Positions 56,231-64,000 of a stretch of 64,000 nucleotides of DNA are shown here, piece by piece; position 1 is the first letter of the stretch; the number at the start of each line of letters is the position of its first letter. The stretch lies in NCBI RefSeq assembly GCF_009914755.1, contig NC_060944.1; one strand, given 5' to 3'. Source of the stretch: the human T2T-CHM13v2.0 reference genome, Homo sapiens. Position numbers and translations under genes: made by a program. The notes beneath the pieces were generated by a model. The model ran no database searches and was not told the DNA's origin. It worked only from the letters and a program-made list of their open reading frames with translations.

Positions 56231-59200
56231 AGTCAGAGTGAAAGGGAGAGAGGGAGAGAGGAGGAAAGAGGGAGAAGGGGAGAGGGAGACTATTAGGGTT
56301 CACTAAGGATAAAAGTTCACAGCCCAATGGACACTCACTCCTGTGTCATGGTCCATGCTTTCCTTTGCTGTCCTAATACCTAAAGATTGAGTCTCAGGCC
56401 AGAGGCTGTGGACCTCACTGTTACAAGGATCCTCATGTAGGGTTCCTTCCAGGGTAATGCACAGAGATCTTCCAGGGAGTGAGACCATCTTAGCACCTTC
56501 CTGGGGGTTAAGCACAATGACCTGCTGCTCTCACCCCCAGTTATGTGTGTGGTGTGTGTGTTAACAGAAAGGATTAACTTAGGTAGTTTAAATGGTTTTA
56601 TCCTGGATTACTGGATGATTTTTTGTTATGCTGACACATTCTGTGAGAAGTATAAATTATTTGAAAAGGTGACATCTGGTTTGCTTCTACTCATTGTGTT
56701 AAAAAAAGTGGAGTGAATGTAATGAGGTTCAATGTGGGTCTTAAACCCTTCTGAGGCTTAACAGTGAACATTCTCTCCATGCAGAATCCTAGCCCAGTCA
56801 GAGCTCTAGGACCCTGGGTTGGGGAGTCTCAGTCTGGCTCAGGGTTAGGGGTTCACTGAGGGGTAGTGACCCTGTGTTTTAAAACCAGGTTTGGAGATTA
56901 GGCATAATTCCCACTATCCAGATATTACATTAAGCACCCAGTTCAAAAACATCTCTCAGGAAGCCCATGTCCGTCTGGGACATGGGAGATCTGCTAAGTC
57001 CACATTCAAATTTTCATTCATCATTTCCCCCTAGTTCCCACTGACCTCTCAGGTATGTTTTTCACCTGATCATCAGGTCTCAGTCCCTGGATGTTTACAT
57101 AATTTATTTTTCCTAATTTGCATGACAGCCAAGAGAGATTATATATTGCAGAACTGAGGTCTATAAAGACGAAGTGACTTAGGTAGCAAGAAGCTGAGAC
57201 AGGGCTGGAATTCACACTCCAAATTCTAGGCTGTTTACAAAATATAATGTAGCTCCATACCAGCTCCCAAGAGCCAGAACTCCTGGTCAGTCTTACCATG
57301 GGAAAGGTAGCATCAATATCTAACATTTCTGGCAATGACTCTGATATAGAAGCTCACAGAGACCCTCAGCCTAGAGACCTTGGAGCATCCCAACAGCCCA
57401 GCTATTGGCTATCCACCACTCAGGCTTTCAGTTTATCAGTCCTGTCTCTGACACAGCCCCCATCCCACAATCCCCAAGCAGATGCTTGCTGCAGCACTGA
57501 GCACATAATTATGATTGCCACTTTCCTCTGGTCAGTAAGTTCTTCCAGGATAGAAGTTGGGTACTATTGCTAGCACCTGGCAGAGTGCCTGGTACAAAAT
57601 AGGCACTCAGTAAAAATTGATAGTGCTCGGGTAGACTGTGGTCATTTCTGGCAGGAGCTCCCAGAATGGGTTGTTTTTATGCATCCCTTAAACTAGAATG
57701 ATGCCCTCAGTGCCACAGCTCATCATAGCACTGAATGCACTAGATTGCAATGGGGAGTTCATTCATTTATCTGTGTTTTTGTTCCATCTAAAGTAGACCT
57801 TGAGACAAGGGTTTGGGTGTAAGTAGTTTCTTTGGGAGAAGATAACAGGACAAACTATGACTAGGTAGGGGAAGTGTGACAAGTAAGGGAGGAGCAATAG
57901 CTGTGGGCAATTGGAGCTCAGTCCGACTGTAGCCTTCTGAGTGGTGGTGTTGAACATTCTTTAGATTACTCCACTGGGGTGAGGAATCTAGAAAATTTAT
58001 CCACCAACTCCCATCCCTCAGTAATTGAGGCTTGTTCCTGGGCTGCTAACTCCCCAGCATTGTCCTGTGGCCATTGGTGCATACAGAAACTGTCCCCAGA
58101 AGACTTCTGAGTTAGGACAAGTGGACACAACATCAGGGCACCGGTCACATCTGCTCATTTCATTTAGGCAGCAAGGTCTTTAGTAAAATGTATAGCTAGA
58201 GTTTATTGAGAAATTGCTGTGTGCCAGCCACACGTATACTCTTACATAGTTTTCACAACCATGAGGTTACTATTTTCAGCCCCATTTTATGGATGGGGAA
58301 ACTGAGGCTCAGTGAAGCTACCTAACTTGTCCAGGCTGGTAAGTAGCAGAGCTCAATATTCTCCCTGGGTGTGTCTGATTCCACAGTTGGTGCCCATTCT
58401 ACTTTATTGCACCTCCAGCAGTGCTTAGCAAATAAGATAATGATTGGGTTTAAAAGTCAGGAACTGCAGGAATCCCGAAGAGCACTTAAAAGTCCAGCAT
58501 TAGAGGATGAAGGCCTGAGATAAACACAGGCTGAGTAAAAATTTAAAGGGAAGAAAGTGAGAGAGTAGAAAGTCCAAGTGGCTGGTTCAGCCAGAGAGGC
58601 CACAGTCAGAGCCAGGCATAAGTATTGCAGGTGAGGAGACCCAGGGAGTACTCAGCTTGTGACAAGGAGAGCAGAGGACAAACCTATACCTCCAGGCACA
58701 TCCAGAAGCACCTTGCATATCAGCAGAAAGAAGTTGTTGTTTCTTAAGTCCATCAAATGGAAGAGGCAATAAAGAATCAGTGGGACTCCAAGATTGAATA
58801 ACTCATTTTGGTGTAGTTAAGAATCACCAAACATGTGATCACTCATTTGTGATAGCATGCCAGAGCTGAAGCAACCCTCCCTCAGAGGACCAGGTCCTCA
58901 TCATGGCCAGAAGAAACGTCTTCTCCATGGCCATGCAGCAGAAGCAAACAGGCATCCCACTTCTCACACATGGATCAATTGTTACTACTTACAAATGGAC
59001 TCTTGGAATCTCCAAGTAAACTGTGCAAAGTGGGTCAAGTAAATTCCTCCCCGTACCCTAGCCTCATCACTTTTGTCTGTAGACAGAAACAATGATGCTG
59101 TGTGGCAGTGAGGGTTAAAGGAGGTCATAGGTGTGAACCTGCTGCTGACAGCCCATCCTGTGGTTGGTGCAGAGCTCACATGGAAGTTCCCTCTAGGCCC

Positions 59201-61044
59201 TTCCCCACCTGGTCTGCAGGGAACAGTGAGCTCAGAGCCAACACTGTAGGGAGGGGTACAGGGGACCCTATAACACTTTCACCTCCACCAAAAGGAGAGG
59301 CCTCTCATTTAAGATCCCCTTTCCTGCTCTGTGCAAACTATGGTCTGACCACACTTAGACATGGACATGAAGCATCACCCCTGGTTTGTGAGCAACACCC
59401 AGTGGCACCCGAGGGGCTAGACAAGGGCAGGAGGGGAAAACTGACATTTCAGTAATGACAGTCGTTTCTACTGGGAAAGTCCAGCTGAGAGAGGAAATGC
59501 ATGCACTGTGGACCTCAGAGGAGTTTCTCAGGATTCAGTTCTTCCATCCTCACCTGTGAAATGTGCCGGTGGTTGAGATGGCTAAACGTTCTGATTTTGC
59601 CATTTTGTGATGTGAAGATAGATAACTGAAGGACACTGAAGACACATTTGGCAAACTCTTCCCTGCTATCTGGAGCTGCTTGTTGGAGGAAGGTTGAGAT
59701 GAGCGTTTATGGTTTGCTTCAGTTCCTCTGCTGTGCACCAGGCCTGATGCTAGGTGGGGTGTAGGAGGCACAGCTGCTGCTTTCCAGGAGGGGACAGTGG
59801 CTGCCAGCAATAGCAGGTAACATTTATGGAGCACTCACTTTATGCCAGACTATGCATTAGCTAGCTGTATCATCACCACACCCTACAGGGTAGATTCTAT
59901 TCTTACTCTCCTTTAAGAGTTAGTAGCTTCTCTCACATCACACAACTAAGCCCACCTTTTTACACCTTACAGAATAATATTCCACTTGACATTCAAGGAG
60001 TGCCTTTTGTGTGCCAGGCACTGTGACAGGTGAGTTATAAATGTGCTCTGCTTTAATCCGCCCAGCAACTTGGAAGGTAGACATTATTTTATAAATAAGG
60101 AGATAGGCTCAGAGAGGTAAAGTGGCTCCCTCAAGGTGACACAGCTCATGTGTGGAGAACCTAGAGTGTAATATAAGTCACTCTTACAAGTATACGAGAA
60201 GGAAACAAGCCCAAGTTATACCCCAGACTGTTAAGACTTCCAAGAGAAGTGTTAGGCATGATGTAGAAATGCACGAGTGAGTCCAACTTGGGGGATGTGG
60301 GAGGCAATTGTGGAGAAGTTGGTGTCTGAGCAGGGCCTGGAAGGATGAGCAGAGTGGACTAGGGAAGGAAGGGCATCTGTGTGGGGACACAAAGTGCTTA
60401 TGGTTTGCTTCATGGTGATGGTGGGCTTATGGTTAGACTATCTGGATGCAGTCCCTGGTTCTATAACTTTGTAGTTGTGTGACATTAGACATGCTACTCT
60501 TTTCCCACCCTTAAAAGGAGAGTAAGAATAGAGTCTACCCTGTAGGGTGTGGTGATGATATAGTGAGCTAACATATGCATGGAGACAAGCCAGCAGTTAG
60601 TAGGCTCAGAAGGTAGCAAGAGAGTGGGAGCCAGGTGAGTAGGCTAAGGTAAAATGTGGAGAACCTCGGGTTCCAGGAGGGGAACCAGACCTTGTGCTGC
60701 ATCAGCAGAGACTGCTGGATGGTGGACTACTGGGTGGAGAGGAGAGAGGGAGTCACCAGTGGGCATTATTAGGAAGGCACTTCCCACAGATATCTGAATG
60801 TACAAAAGTTCTTCCAGCCCAAACTTCTCCCCGATCCTTCCTATTCTTGCTTCTTCACCCCAGATACCAAATTTTGCCATGTTGGTGGGTTGCAGGAGCG
60901 GGGTTGTGGAGTTTCTAATTGCAGAGATTTGGTTTGTCTGGGATTGATCTGTCTAGTGGTTTCCTTTGCTTCTCAGAGCACAGTTTCAGGGAGACTACTT
61001 GTGGATCCAGTTACATGCAAAGTGCTTTCTTCTTTTGTCCCCAT

Positions 61045-61550
61045 TTAAAAAATTAATTTATTTTAAAAATGTTTATTTTAATTGACAAGTAAAAATTGTA
61101 TATATTTATGGTAGATCACATAGTGTTTTGATATATGCATATGTGGTAAAATGGCTAAATAAAGCTGATTAACATATGCATTAGTTCACATACCTATTTT
61201 TGGCAAAAAACCCATTCTGTTAGCAATTTTCAAATATACAATATGTTATTAGCTGTAGTCTCCATGATGCACAATAGATTTCTTGCACTTACTCCTCCTA
61301 TGTAACTAAAATGTTGTGACCTTTGACTGACATCTCCTCAGTCCTCCCACTCCCTGCCCCCAGCCTCTGGTAACCACCATTTTATTCCCTATTTCTATGA
61401 GCTCAACTATTTTACATCCTAAATATAAGTGAGATCATGCAGTATTCATCTTTCTGTGCCTGGCTTACTTAACATAATGTCCTTCAGGTTCATCTATGTT
61501 ATTTCAAATGATGAGATTTCCTTCTTTTTTAAGGCTCAACAATATTCTGT

Positions 61551-61598
<48 letters not shown>

Positions 61599-62078
61599 TG
61601 TATATTCCATATATTCCAACAGTATTGTTGGAATGTATTTATGTATATATATACCCATATATATTCCAAGGTATTTTCCATATATTCCAACAATATTCCA
61701 TTGTGTATATATACACAATGTTTATTCATTGATGGACACAGTTTGATTTCATATCTTGGCTATTGTAAATAGTGCTGCAATAAACATGGAAGTGCAGATA
61801 TCTCTTTGACATACTGATTTCATTTCCTTTGGATATATATCCAGTAGTGGGATTGCTGGATCATACGGTAGTTCTACTTCTAATTTTTTGAGGAACCACC
61901 ATACTGTTTTCCACGATTATTGTGCTAATTTATATTCCCACCAACAGTGTGCAAAAGTTCCCTTTTTTTTTCCCACAGTCTCACCAACATTTTTTATCTC
62001 TTGTCTTGTTGCTAATATCCATTCTAACAGGTGTGATATCTCCTTGTGGTTGTAAGTGGCATTTTCCTGATAATTAGT
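61045..62078 (-). mobile_element. L1MA 3' end containing a (TA)n microsatellite (~61555-61594)
   Basis: L1MA 3'UTR antisense (aattgacaagtaaaaattgtatatatttatgg...ataagtgagatcatgcagtatt...ccagtagtgggattgctggatcat). Confidence 0.88.
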
Positions 62079-64000
62079 GCACAGTGCTTCATTCTTAAAG
62101 GGGATGATGCCACAGAGTTGCCTTCCAACCTAGCCATGGAGACAGGAGAAACAGGCTGTCTGAGCAGGTTCAGCCTCCATTCCTTACTGGAGGGGCCACA
62201 CCGGGAGGAGAAGGAGGTTAGATTGCTAGAGTCTTTTTCAGTCAGGGTGGGCTAGCTTGGGGTCTGTTTAACTGGACTTGTTTAAAGTTGAACAAAGTCT
62301 AAGAGACTTGGCTTTCTCTGGGGTTCCTGGTATATATTGATCATGATAGAGAGATACCTTGTGAGATGACTGTGGAGGATTAACCTTCTCTAAAGGTGCT
62401 CCTAGGAAGGCCCATCTACTTTCCCTCACCATCCAGATAGGAATTCCATCAGGAATAGCTTTGTGGTTCACCATGAGATGTCACCAAGATATTTTAAGAA
62501 ATGAGTGCAAAACAGTGTAAATTGAGAGCTCAGTTTCTTAGCAGTAACATGTATTTAGTGTGTTTGGAAGGAAAACAGCCTAAATTATGGAAAAGTGTGA
62601 TGATCAAGATCTGACATAAATACATCAACAAAGACTAAATGTAGACACAGACATCAGAAATGCCTTTCTCACATGCTGCAGGGGTGTCTCCTTTGCCTGG
62701 CAGAGCTTTAGAAACACATCATGTGCCTTCAGGGGGTGTTATCTTGGCTGTGGTGCAGGCAAAGCCTAAGCTGCTCTGATCTTTGGGCCTGGAGTCACCT
62801 GGAGGAAGGATTTTCAGTATCATATTCCAGATTCTGTACAAAGGTTTTCTGTCTGACACTAGAGGGTTTTTGGCTGATGTGATGCTGCAGATTTGGTCAG
62901 CCTTTTGGTGTTGGTTCTTGTGTTTCTGCGTGTGCTCACATAGGACTCCTAGCTTCTAGTACTGAACCTTAGTTCTGTTCGCATCTTTTTGTGACCTCTG
63001 TTGATCTGGGAGCAGCTTTCCTTCTTTAACCAAGGCTCTGCTGTCCATAGATTGCTGGTGCTGAATAAGTCCAATCCACTACTGCCCTCAATGCTCCCGT
63101 TTTGGGGTTCTCTCTCCGGCCCTGTGACTTTCTGAGTATAAACTATGCTTGGTCTTGTTCATAACAATCTCTAAAGATTGATTGATTTTTGTGAGCTGCC
63201 AAAGAGAAGTGCCTGGAATAGCAATTGTTACTGTGAAACAGGGCTGAGAGGCTGGAATGGTGAACATTTCTGCCACCTGGGGGAGGTCGCAGGGAATATA
63301 TTTAAGTTGCAATTTTCTCCACCTCCTAGAAACTCCTCAGTTCTTGGGTTGGTTTTTCCTTTCTTTTCTTTTAATATCTCTTGTCTAGACATCCAGGAGC
63401 CTAGTGATACATTACATTGTTCAGCCCCTTAACATTTATTTCATAAAGCACTTTTACGTATATTAAAAGGAAACAGTTCAGAACATAGACTTTGAAGGCA
63501 TGCTGCCTAAATCCCCATGATGGCTTTCCATTGCAGGCTGTGCAACCTTGAGCAACTCCCTCTTTCTGCGCTCAATGTTCTCGTATAATGGGGGCAATAA
63601 TATACCTACTTTATAAATTGTGGGGATAGATAAATTAATATTTGTAAAGTGATTAGAACAAGACTTGCATGTAGTAGTCCTACATAAATGTTCTTTACTA
63701 TTATAATTATCATTATTATTGCTACTACATTTATTGTCATGGCCAACTGTTTAGGGTAGTGGCATAATCGAAATTACCTTTGATTCTAGCTCCTTCCTTC
63801 CTATGCCCTAGCTTCAATCCCTATTAAATAAATTCACCCTGCCCTAAGTATTTGGGGAGCTTCCTGATGCTGTCTCTCCTGCATTTAGTGTCAAGCCTCA
63901 TAGGCCTACTCATCTGCTGGTGATCACTGTCACTTGTACTCCTGCCAAGCACTGGTACTGCCCCATGGCTTCATCCAGCTATTACTGCCTTTTCCTCTGT

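Overview
Primate (human-like) genomic DNA with no intact protein-coding exon or RNA gene that I can support. It is dominated by interspersed repeats (Alu, L1, L2, MIR, MaLR/ERVL LTRs, MER DNA transposons). The main feature is a near full-length processed pseudogene of neurofilament heavy chain (NEFH) on the minus strand (~18408-21318). It lacks all three introns and carries frameshifts, premature stops and a large tail deletion. It also keeps a polyA signal, a decayed polyA tail, a degenerate target-site duplication and a TTTT/AA L1 endonuclease site. It sits at the very start of ORF2 of a same-strand L1 with an intact 5' end, and that L1 is itself nested in an older opposite-strand L1. Other unexplained structure: an old ~0.7 kb inverted duplication (~826-1660 vs ~4708-5406), a near-perfect 47-bp inverted repeat between two otherwise decayed MIRs, a 31-bp direct repeat 2.8 kb apart, and a fold-back hairpin at the pseudogene deletion junction. 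I found no convincing novel multi-gene system. Comparisons to NEFH and repeat consensus sequences are from memory, and repeat boundaries are approximate.
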